Below, piece by piece: positions 1 through 9,400 of a stretch of 64,000 nt of DNA (position 1 is the first letter of the stretch; each line of letters opens with the position of its first letter). The DNA is from Caecitellus pseudoparvulus. Taxonomy: Eukaryota; Protista; Bigyra: Bicosoecida. The notes beneath the pieces were generated by a model. That model saw only the letters and a program-made list of their open reading frames with translations. It did no database searches and was not told where the DNA came from. A program made the position numbers and the translations under genes. The stretch is from positions 62,001-126,000 of the forward strand of contig CBFFRQ010000006.1 of NCBI GenBank assembly GCA_965644315.1, written 5' to 3'.

Positions 1-2642
1 GGAACTGGTTCCTGGCCGAATTCGTCAGTAATGGATACATATACTCCTTCACTGGCCGACACGTTGAGCAGCGTGCACAGATCCTCAAACCCAGCCACAC
101 GGAGCAGCACCCACGGGTTCGACCGTGGCAGCTCAAGCAGGGCAGCCACGCCCAGCATCAAGCGTGGCAGACATGCCGGACGCCGCACACGGCGTCCGCA
201 GCCATCATGAGTCAGCAACTGGGAGATGGCACGCCCTTGTGATCTTTCGTCATGTGCAGCACACCAATGGCGTGACAGGCGACTAGCAACAGCCGCAGCG
301 AAGATGATGTACGCCCACGGCAGACTGCCTGCCTCAGACTGCACCTGGACCTGCTCAGCAGTATGCAGATCCCTCATTGCTTCTCCATCCACTCCAGCAT
401 GCTCGTGCGATCCCGCACACTCGCAGATTGTCTGGCAGCTGGTGTCCAGAACTCTGGCTAGGTCCACTTCGAACGTTTCAGACTGTGCTGCGCCTGTGGA
501 TGGTGTGAACACCTCCCGTGACAGCTCCACCACACGCTCGGACAGCAGCAGCAAGTGTGTCGCGGTGAGAACGCGGTTGCTGGATCGTGAGCGAGCGGGG
601 GCGCGCCGTGTGTCGGGAGGGAGGTTGGCCTCAGCACTGGCCAGCCAGGCCTCCAGGCACAAAAGCAAGCACTGCTGCTTGGATGACGGGTCTTGTCCAC
701 GGGAGCACGTGGCCGCAACGACCAGCCCTGCACCTGCTGCGAAAGCCACCAAGTCCCCTCCAGCACCGGAGCGAGCCTCGCACACACAGCAGTAGCTGTA
801 GAAGTGCCACATCCACTGTCCAACGAAGGCACAGCTTTCCTCCAGCGTGGGACAACGACTGGCCACCTGAATGGCCGAAGCAGGCGTCATTCCTACCATG
901 CTACTGGGCTGCGCGGCAGACTCGCCAACAGCCGTCGCAAGCCTATCATACCAGGCTTCCTGCTGCCAGGCTTTGGCGCTGCCCCCAGCCCCAAGCCAGG
1001 TCTCCATTTCACGAACGAAGTTGGCCACTTGGTCTTCAGGAACACCAAGGTGTGTCCCCTGCAGCATGTCACGAAAGACTCCGTCATAGGCTTCAACCTG
1101 TGGAGCTGCTGACCCTGGACCGACGTCCTCAGCAGCACCTTCAGCTGCAGCATGGCCTCCACCTCGGCTCCGGGCCAGAGATTGCCCTAGCCCTTGCAGA
1201 GCCTCGGCCAAACATACCACATCGTCGCGTGCGAGCACACCCAGTCCAAACACGGATGTGACGAGCTCGTGCATGTTCTCCACGCGTGACTCGGCATCGG
1301 TGTTGAGCAAGATGCCCACGAAGGCGGGTTCTGCCAACAGAGCTCGCAGCTCAGCCCACTGGGCCCGCAAAGTCTGCCCAGCACTCCAGGCAGCTTGGAA
1401 GCGCTGCGCAGTAGCAACAAACATTGGAAGAAGTAGCTCGCCTTCAGGAAGGGAGAGGCTTTGAACACGTGCAAGAGCAAACAGGCAGCCAAGGACCTGT
1501 GCTGGCGCAAGGCCGGAGTGTAGCGACATGAAGTCTACCTGTGGTTGTTGCACCATGTACGATACTGCTTCCTGGTCTGTGATCTGCTCTTCGAGCAAAC
1601 CACACTTCTCCATGGATGCGCGCACACAGAAGAACACCAAAGTCACAGCCAGCAGCTGTCGAGGAGTTCGCAACAGCACACGCAAACAAGCCTTTGCTGT
1701 TTGTTGCGGAAACACTACGCTATACAACGAAGCATGAAGAGTGTTCAGAATGGCAGGATCAAGTCCAACTGCTTCCGCGACAAGCCTCAGCGCTGCTTCA
1801 CAGGAGCTGCCATCTGGACCCAGCACTAGGGTCTCCATGTTCTGCAGCCACAGAGTGTGTGCAGTTGCTCCAGCCACAGCCGCACCTCGCAGCTTGGGCC
1901 CGTGCTGCCTGGCCAAATCAGACATCTGCACTGCAGCAAGCACTGCTGGCATGATGCTGATGTGTAGCAGGAGGTTCTGACTCATGCTTGGTCGTTGCGT
2001 GATGTCGGTCAGGATTTCACCGAGGGCAAGTGCACTTGAAGCAGTCTCATCTGAGGAGGGATTTTGGTTGCACGCATCCAGCGCCCGCTTGCAGCGCTGG
2101 GAAATGCCGACTACGGAACTCTTGAATGGAGCATCGGGAGCACATGCGGCCTCAATCCACTGGCAGAGGTCAAGGACTGAGGCCTGCGGCTGCTTGACTT
2201 CAGCTGTTAGCCCCAAGGCTTTAAGGATAGACCTCCATGTGCCAGAACCACCCGCCGCTTCGCTCACATCTTGTGTGGAAGGTGTAGCAGGGTTGCCGCC
2301 TTCCTTCCTCGCGTACTTCCACCACTTTCCAACGCGAAACGACCACAACCCATCTGCAGTCTGCCATTTCTTGTCAGTGAGTGCAAGTGGGCCATATTTT
2401 GACTCCAGCTGATGAGTCGCGTGTCCTGTTCGCGGGTCGATGGCGGTGGAAGTCTTGGAGCCAACATACGCGTTCAGTTCATCGCAGAAAGTAAAGACTT
2501 CCTTGGTGCTTCCTGATCCCAGTGATACTGAGCACAGGACACGTCCATCTGCGTCAAGAAACCTTCCTCGAGTTTTGTCGAAGCTGACGCCACATTGAAA
2601 GCAACCTCCTTGGCCTTGCCCAGCAGCGGCTCCCTTCATCAT
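1..2642 (-). CDS. Large hypothetical protein, 3'-partial (>=880 aa, runs off the window start)
   Basis: Continuous minus-strand frame from ATG ATG at 2642 (MMKGAAAGQGQGGCFQCGVSFDKTRG...WRSILKALGL...) down to position 1. It is absent from the ORF track because there is no stop in the window; plus-strand ORFs 226-795, 1528-2412 are its antisense shadows. Leu/Ala-rich, helical-looking, no recognised domain. Confidence 0.75.
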   Translation of the reverse strand, partial: MMKGAAAGQGQGGCFQCGVSFDKTRGRFLDADGRVLCSVSLGSGSTKEVFTFCDELNAYVGSKTSTAIDPRTGHATHQLESKYGPLALTDKKWQTADGLWSFRVGKWWKYARKEGGNPATPSTQDVSEAAGGSGTWRSILKALGLTAEVKQPQASVLDLCQWIEAACAPDAPFKSSVVGISQRCKRALDACNQNPSSDETASSALALGEILTDITQRPSMSQNLLLHISIMPAVLAAVQMSDLARQHGPKLRGAAVAGATAHTLWLQNMETLVLGPDGSSCEAALRLVAEAVGLDPAILNTLHASLYSVVFPQQTAKACLRVLLRTPRQLLAVTLVFFCVRASMEKCGLLEEQITDQEAVSYMVQQPQVDFMSLHSGLAPAQVLGCLFALARVQSLSLPEGELLLPMFVATAQRFQAAWSAGQTLRAQWAELRALLAEPAFVGILLNTDAESRVENMHELVTSVFGLGVLARDDVVCLAEALQGLGQSLARSRGGGHAAAEGAAEDVGPGSAAPQVEAYDGVFRDMLQGTHLGVPEDQVANFVREMETWLGAGGSAKAWQQEAWYDRLATAVGESAAQPSSMVGMTPASAIQVASRCPTLEESCAFVGQWMWHFYSYCCVCEARSGAGGDLVAFAAGAGLVVAATCSRGQDPSSKQQCLLLCLEAWLASAEANLPPDTRRAPARSRSSNRVLTATHLLLLSERVVELSREVFTPSTGAAQSETFEVDLARVLDTSCQTICECAGSHEHAGVDGEAMRDLHTAEQVQVQSEAGSLPWAYIIFAAAVASRLSRHWCAAHDERSQGRAISQLLTHDGCGRRVRRPACLPRLMLGVAALLELPRSNPWVLLRVAGFEDLCTLLNVSASEGVYVSITDEFGQEPV

Positions 2643-2699
2643 CCTACGAAGAGCGCACAAGTGAAGGAGTATCTGTTGGTGATTGTTAGACTTCGCAAA

Positions 2700-3703
2700 T
2701 CACAATAGTGTTCTGGTGGATACACTCGTATACCACGAAGAAAGGGTGCGCCAGGCCATATCACAAGTACTCGTCGAAGACAAGCACGCCACAGAAGGGC
2801 TCAAGGCACTATAACCAGCAAACGTATCCCCACAAGTATCAGACGCACCCTTAAGTTTGTTTATCAATCGAAAGAGACACTCTGGATCCGCCTTGATGGC
2901 GCGGGTCAGAGTGTGAAGCTCGGCGTGGTGGCTGCAACGTGTCTGCTTCAAGGATAGCCTTTCAACCAAACGCTCAGAGAATGAGGAAGCTTTAGGCCGC
3001 TTGCAGAACAGAAGATCACCTATGAATCTGGTAAAAAAAAACAAGTCTAATGGGTCGTGGGGCGCATGGACTTTGAATGCAACTCAAAATTTGCAGTCGG
3101 ACGCTAAAGCGAGAGGAGGAGTTTCAGGCGACAACATGAAAGGAAAATTGAATGAGCTGACTACAGGCAAAGATCTAACGCCACTACAAAAGGCAGCTAG
3201 AAATTTCACACAGTCGTCTGAGACCACTTGCGACCCCATGGCAGCTAAGGATCGCATGCTTTGAAGCGAGTAATGTGTGCGTTTCACCTGCGTTTCTGAT
3301 AATCCTGTCAATGAAACTGTATCTGAAACGAAGCCGTCCACCCAATTCTTGGCCGTTGGCATAAAGGTTCAGAGACTCAACAAGTATTTGATTTCCACGA
3401 CATGGTGCGGCTTACTTGTGTTCTCATTTTTGGCTTACGCTTGGAGATTTGCAAGATCAAGGTGAAATCTGGGTTTGCCTTTCGTGATCAAGACTGCCAA
3501 TGTCAACGACCGCTCCACAAAGAGACCAACCAATGAGAAGTATTCAGCATCATGTGCATACTGTGTGCCACTTCCCAGCCCCTCAGATAGGAAAGTAAGG
3601 CCCGCGCTGCACAGACTGCACCACGTTTCTCCAATCCCATCTCACGAAACTGCCCTCTTTCAATCAAGTCCCATTCAACAACAGCACGCCCCCCCCCAAG
3701 CAA
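2700..3703 (-). pseudogene. AT-rich degenerate reading frame, possibly a decayed HECT-type E3 ligase domain
   Basis: About 40-48% GC versus ~65% around it. ORFs 2700-3044 and 3084-3362 share one frame that continues to ~3640, broken by TGA (2700, 3084, 3369) and TAA (3435). Remnants EYFSLVGLFVERSL, VKFLAAFCSGVRSLPV and LALASDCKF resemble HECT motifs. Confidence 0.35.
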
Positions 3704-3724
3704 CCCCAGCGAATACTACTTTGC

Positions 3725-5872
3725 TCAGGCACTGAGCCTGAACATGGGTCGCGGCACGGACCCTTGCAGCTTGAGGCTTACTCGGGAAAGCACACGCCCA
3801 ACACGCTGAGCTTCGGCCTGCGTTGCAAGCGTTATGTTCAGCTGCAGCCGCCCTGCACGTTTCGCAGCACGTCCAGCAGTGCTTGACAGGGGCACTGCAG
3901 CGCCTGTCCCGTCAGGCTGCTCTGCCACCACCTGCGCCTGCAGTGCCCAGGGAGGAGACCCGGTGCCACATGCCTCGGCCGCCTGTCGGAGGTGGTGGCG
4001 CTGGACTGGGTCTGTGAGGGCACCCTCCTGCTGCCCTGTCGCCACGCCTCGGCGGTGGGAGTCGGTGCACAGTAGGGCCAGCTCAGCCAGCGCCACACCT
4101 GCCAAGGCATCCGGCGGCAGACTCCTCACACGCACCTCGCAGTCCAACACACTCACTTCCAAGCTCGGCACCTGCACTGGACTGTGTTGCTCTTCAAGGC
4201 ACTTGTTCACAATGTTGGCCCCCCCATGCGTCAGCGGCAGCCACGCCGGCAGCCCTGCTCCGCCCAGGAACAGAGCTGCATCCCTGGACACGGCAAACGA
4301 ACCAACCGACTCCCCGGCCGCCCACCCCAAGCTGCGCACAATCGCAGCATCTACTCCCATGATCGCACCTGGGCTGAGGTGCAGCTGACTTGCCTTGCTA
4401 GTCCCTGTCAAATGTAGCCTGGCCGCTGCCACCAACGTGCCAATGTCACCGTCTGCGTGCACCGCCTCAGCTGCTGCCGCCTTCAGCGTGGACGACAACA
4501 CTCGAGCCAGTCGCTCCCTGCGTCGGCCGTCTGCAGCCTGGGCTTCAGTGCTCAGCTGCTGGATCGCTTCGGCCAGTGCGAGGGCGACGTCGGATGGACC
4601 AGCGCCAGGTCGCCACCGCCGAAGCGACCCCGTGCGAGCCCAGGGTGCAGTGGACAGTGGCGTGCCGCCTGGAAGTGGAGGCAGCACAATGCTACCGTGG
4701 GCCGCATCGCGCTGGCTCGCATCTGCAATGTAGCCCAACGCGACACTCCTCGCCTCGTCCACCGCCTCGCCTGCGCTGCGACGTGGGGCAGCGAGCGCAG
4801 CTCGCAAGGGGGGCAGCAGGGCCGCTCGCAGCATGTGGCGCTCAGCTTGGCACAGCATGGTGCCGTGCGCCACACCAAGCAGCAGTGCGAAGGACGGGTG
4901 CCCCAGCGTGTGTGGGGAGGGAGCAGGTGGCACGGCCGGCTTGGCGGGCTGGGCAGGGGGCACAACACCCGGCCCGACATCGCCTTTGCCTTGCACTGAG
5001 CTTGCAGCCCGCTCCAACCGCAGACTGCGGAGGTCTCGCAGTGCCTCGACCGTTAAGCTTTGGACGAGGGCGCGGGCGGCACTAACGGCAGCTGTTGCGC
5101 GTTGCCCAGAGCAAGTCTGCAGCGCCGCCAAGGCAGGCGAGGCGGCCGCGACGCGGAGAGACAGGGGCAGCATGTGCCGTGTAAATGCGGGGAGGAACAC
5201 TCCTGTGAGCTGCTTGGGCGCCAAGAGGCGACTGCGCAGTGCCAGGCTGACTGTGGTGTCGTCGGAAGTCAGGGCTGCCGCGAAGCCGGGAAGTGGCAAG
5301 GACAGCTCCGTCTCGAGACACGCCAGCGCGGCTCCTGCCTGGTGCTCTGGATCTGTGCATGACAGTGCCGTGGCCAGGTGCACTGCTGCTGAGGCCGCCG
5401 CGGATTGCAAGGCAGCGTGAAATGCGCGCTCGTCTGCTGTGCCACGTTCCTGAACCTCGCGGGCCAGCACTGCGTGGAAGTCTGGCAAGCCCGGCAGCAC
5501 TGTGTCGAAAACGGCAGAAACCACGTCTCCGTCACATGGCTCCAGCGGCGGTGGCGCCGGCAGGCGCGGCATGCGAGGGGGGGGCGGAGGCGATGCCGGC
5601 GTGCTGGAGCCAGTGAACATGTCCCACGTCAGGGAACTGGCGGTGGAGTACCACAGTGACCAGGCCTGTGACCACCCACCTCCCCGACGTTCAGACACGC
5701 GCATGCTCGGAAGAACCCTTGCATGTCTGCGCGCCGCAGGGTCCAGGCAGTCCAGGAGTGCGGATGGCTTGCTGGCTGGCTCGGCAGCGGAAATTGAAGC
5801 GGCGGCTCGACATCCACGAGCCACCGTCCGCAGCAAGCGAGGAAAGTGGTCGTGGCTGCGCAGGCACTGCAT
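3725..5872 (-). CDS. Hypothetical protein, 715 aa, Ala/Leu-rich with Arg-rich N-terminus (possible organellar transit peptide)
   Basis: Long single ORF with GC-rich codon usage; no recognisable domain. Confidence 0.7.
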   Translation of the reverse strand: MQCLRSHDHFPRLLRTVARGCRAAASISAAEPASKPSALLDCLDPAARRHARVLPSMRVSERRGGGWSQAWSLWYSTASSLTWDMFTGSSTPASPPPPPRMPRLPAPPPLEPCDGDVVSAVFDTVLPGLPDFHAVLAREVQERGTADERAFHAALQSAAASAAVHLATALSCTDPEHQAGAALACLETELSLPLPGFAAALTSDDTTVSLALRSRLLAPKQLTGVFLPAFTRHMLPLSLRVAAASPALAALQTCSGQRATAAVSAARALVQSLTVEALRDLRSLRLERAASSVQGKGDVGPGVVPPAQPAKPAVPPAPSPHTLGHPSFALLLGVAHGTMLCQAERHMLRAALLPPLRAALAAPRRSAGEAVDEARSVALGYIADASQRDAAHGSIVLPPLPGGTPLSTAPWARTGSLRRWRPGAGPSDVALALAEAIQQLSTEAQAADGRRRERLARVLSSTLKAAAAEAVHADGDIGTLVAAARLHLTGTSKASQLHLSPGAIMGVDAAIVRSLGWAAGESVGSFAVSRDAALFLGGAGLPAWLPLTHGGANIVNKCLEEQHSPVQVPSLEVSVLDCEVRVRSLPPDALAGVALAELALLCTDSHRRGVATGQQEGALTDPVQRHHLRQAAEACGTGSPPWALQAQVVAEQPDGTGAAVPLSSTAGRAAKRAGRLQLNITLATQAEAQRVGRVLSRVSLKLQGSVPRPMFRLSA

Positions 5873-6423
5873 GATGGTCTCCCCAAAGCTCGCTGCTCAA
5901 ATCGCAGTCGCTGGCCTGCACGCCTTTCAGCCCACACCCGCGCAATACGCGAGAGTGCTGGGCGTCGGGCTTGACTTCACCCGACGAACATGAACCTGCA
6001 GTAACTGTTTCCTCCACAATGCACAGAGCGCTATCCATAGTCACCCCCTGAAGTATACTCAAGAGGTTGAATTGTAACGAGATCCACCAAACTTCCCACG
6101 TCAGCCAGGCAGGCACGTAAACTCCTTCGTCATCAGCCCACTCCCAAAAGCTTGGGCGGCGGAAGCTGCAGTGCACTTGCTCTCACATTTCTGAGTGTCC
6201 CCTGCATTCCGTTCTCGGATTGCAGACTCTGCCTTGCGGAAAAAATCTTCCTGCCAGGTGCAGACCCCTGTGGGCCAGGGACGCCGTCGCTGTCGCTCGT
6301 GAAGTGCGCTCTTGCAGTACGTGATTGGCGTGGTGGTGCGGAACCGACCTTGTCTTTGCATGTTTTCTCCCGCTGCAAGCGTTACACGCACATCACCACC
6401 CCACACTCGGCGCAGAATTTACC

Positions 6424-9400
6424 ATGGCACTGTCTCCTGCCGAGGTCTCCTTCGTGAACGACACGTTCTGGCTGGCGCACCAGCTGCGATGCACTGACGC
6501 CGTTCTGGGCGCGGCTCTTGCTGCACCAGGTGCAGGCAATGCCGCTGCGAGCCGAGCGCGCATGCCACGCTATGTGTTGATCTTTGTGCAGCAGCTGTTG
6601 CCAAAGGTGCTTCGCCCCGCGACGCTGCCCATGCACGGCGGGCTGCTGGCCAAGTCTCTGCTGCCCATCGCTGCGGCCATTGCTGACCGAACCCAATCCC
6701 AACACGCCGCACTGGCAGAGCAGGCTGAGGGTGCGGCAGGCGAGGTCGTGCGCGCCAACGCAGCGGCCTGGTCGGAACTTGCGGCAGAGCTGCATGCTCT
6801 GCAGGGGTGTTTGGAGAGCGAGGACGTCTCTGGCGCGTGTGGCTGCGACGGGCAGTTGCAGGGCGCGGCTTCCCGTGTGTCCGCAGCCATGGCTGGCCTG
6901 GCGTCGCTGCCTCTGGAGGCAGCCTCCGAGCTCGTCGCGGGCGCCATGGACGCCAGCATCACGGCCATCGCAGGCATGTTGCCGGCTTCGTCGTCCACCG
7001 CCGTCACGGCAGCCGGCAGTGGTGCCGCTGCGGCGCAGCTGACCAGCGTGGAGCTGAGCACCATTGACGTGTCCACTGCCAGCTTGAACAAGTACACGGA
7101 GAGTGAGGCGCACATGAAGGCGCTGGAGGCGGCCAACGAAGTGGCGTCCTCCCGCGATGACAGCCCCGACCTCGCCGACATGGCTGAGAAGGCCGCCACG
7201 GGGCTGGGCTACCTCTCCACGGCGTACAAGGCTGTGAAGGAGCATGGCGGGAAACTGGCCAAGGTGGGCCAGTACGCTGCCCGTGCGGCATCGGCTGCAT
7301 CGACTGCTGGCCGCTTCGTGGGCGGGGTGGTGTCCTGTCTGAAGGAGGCGGGGCGCTTCGCCGCCATGGGCTCCGTGGGTGGCCCCATTGGCATGGCTGT
7401 GGGGGCTGTGTTCGGGCTGGTGAAGGGGGTGGCAGGGTACAAGTCCAGCATGGGGCAGGCAGACAAGATGGGGGAGCAGGTGTCCCGGGTGGCAGGGCTG
7501 GTGACGGGTCTCTCGGAGCACATGCAGAAGGGCATGGAGGACCTGTCCAAGCAGAGCGAGGAGCAGTTCAAAGCCCTGTCCACGCAGAGCAAGGCTGAGT
7601 ACGAGGCGCTGGCTTCCCAGAGCGACGCCCAGTTTCGTGCCATGACGGCCCAGTTCGCGTCGGGCATGGGGGCGCTGTCGGAGCAGGTGCAGGCTGGGTT
7701 CCAGCAGGCCCTGTGGATGCAGAGCCAGAGCTACAGCGCCATGGTGGAGCAGTTCGCCCTGGTGCGGGACGACATTTCCATGGTGCGTCAGGCGGCGTCT
7801 GAGATCCAGCGCGCCCTGGGGCAGCTGCACACCACCGTGGAGTCCCGGTTCAAGGAGGCCATCCTGAAGGATTTCCACATGGACCGCCGTGCCGCTTCCA
7901 GCGCTGCCTCCCTCCCTGCCACTGAAGTGCAGCGCCTGCTGCGCCAGTTCGCCTACACCGGCACAGACCTGGCCAAGGGCGAGACGCTCAGCAGCAAGAT
8001 CGAGGTGGGGGCGCACCAGGACAGCCTGGTGACGGCTCTGAACACGCGTCCCCTGGGCAGCAACGTGAACGCCCTGCAAGGCGCGCTGCTGGCAGCGGGT
8101 GTGCTCACCAGTGCCGAGCCGCTTGTGGACCGCGACACCTGGCTCATGGCCAGTCACGCGTACCTGACCACGCTGAAGAGCGCCTTCTCTGCAGGCAGCT
8201 CATCGCAGGTGCCCCTCGGCATCGCGGCCGTGTCGCTGCGCGACCTGCACGCGGAAGGAAAGGCACTGCTGGACTTCAAGCGGGGCCTGCGCACTGACAC
8301 GGCATGGCTGGGCACCCTCGTGGAGCAGTACTTCTCCGTGCCGGGGTCCTCCCTCGCCCCCCTCATGGACTCCGCATCAGTGGAGGCTGCTGCGGGGCCA
8401 GTGGCGCTGGAGGTGACTGACTTCAAGCATGGCTCCAGCGGCGACTTTGGCACCTTCACCGCAGCACTGGGCCTGCGCAGTGGCAAGCTCATGACCTCCA
8501 CGGACAAGGGCAAGTTGACGACGTGGAACTGGGACAGCGGCAAGCGCAGCAGCGTCGGCGCAGACCCCTACGTCATGTCCCTGGCTGAGCTGCCCGGCAA
8601 CTTGGCCATCCTCGGGTACTCTGACGCCGACGTGTCCGTGTTCTCGCTGTCGCAGAACACCAACCTGGCTGTGGGCAGCCACGACGCGCCAGGTGTGCAC
8701 GCTGTGGCTCCCCTCGTGGGTCGCCGCTTCGCCTCTGGCGGTGCCGACAAGACCATCCGCCTGTGGTCCGTGGAGACGAAGCGCATTGGCGGCGCGGCCG
8801 CCTCGCCCTCCCCCTCCCCCAGCACGGGTGGCTTGGTGGGGCAGTTCGTCGTGGGGGACACTGTGCGCCTGCGTGCGCAGGTGTACAAGCCCCGGTATGG
8901 CTTCGGCTCTGCCACCCACAGCGAGGTGGGTGTCGTGACCTCCATCCTGTCCAGCTTCAAGTTGAAGGTGGACTTCCCCTCCCACAAGGGCTGGTCTGCG
9001 TCTGGCCCTGAGATGGAGCACTGTGGCGCCAAGGTGCTGAAGGTGGGGGACAAGGTGCGGGTGAAGGACAGCATCAGCAAGCCTGGGTACGGCTGGGGCA
9101 AGGTGAAGCACAAGATGGTGGGCGTGGTGAAGAAGCTGGAGGAGAAGGACGTCGTGCGTGTGGACTTTGCCGTGCAGCAGAACTGGGCGTGCAAGGCGGA
9201 GGAGATGGAGCGTGTGGTGGACGGTGTCTTCTCCGTCGGTGACCGCGTCCGCCTCAAGTCCTGCGTGTCCGAGTGCAAGTACGGCTTTGGCGGCGCGACG
9301 CACCAGATGGTGGCCACTGTGCGCAGCGTGAACTCTGAGAAGAGCCTGCTGAAGGTGGACTGGGACGGCGGCCAGAAGAACTGGAGCGGCGACTGGGGCG

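Noticed and set aside
2700-3437. TGA readthrough, selenocysteine or an alternative genetic code joining the AT-rich frame to the 2642 gene
   Set aside because: The frame also contains a TAA (3435), and well-supported genes here end in TGA (11736, 44091, 58435). Decay is the simpler explanation.
5990-6180. WWE-like peptide FWEWADDEGVYVP in ORF 5691-6176 (-)
   Set aside because: The match is very short, the rest of the domain is absent, and the ORF overlaps the 715-aa gene in another frame.
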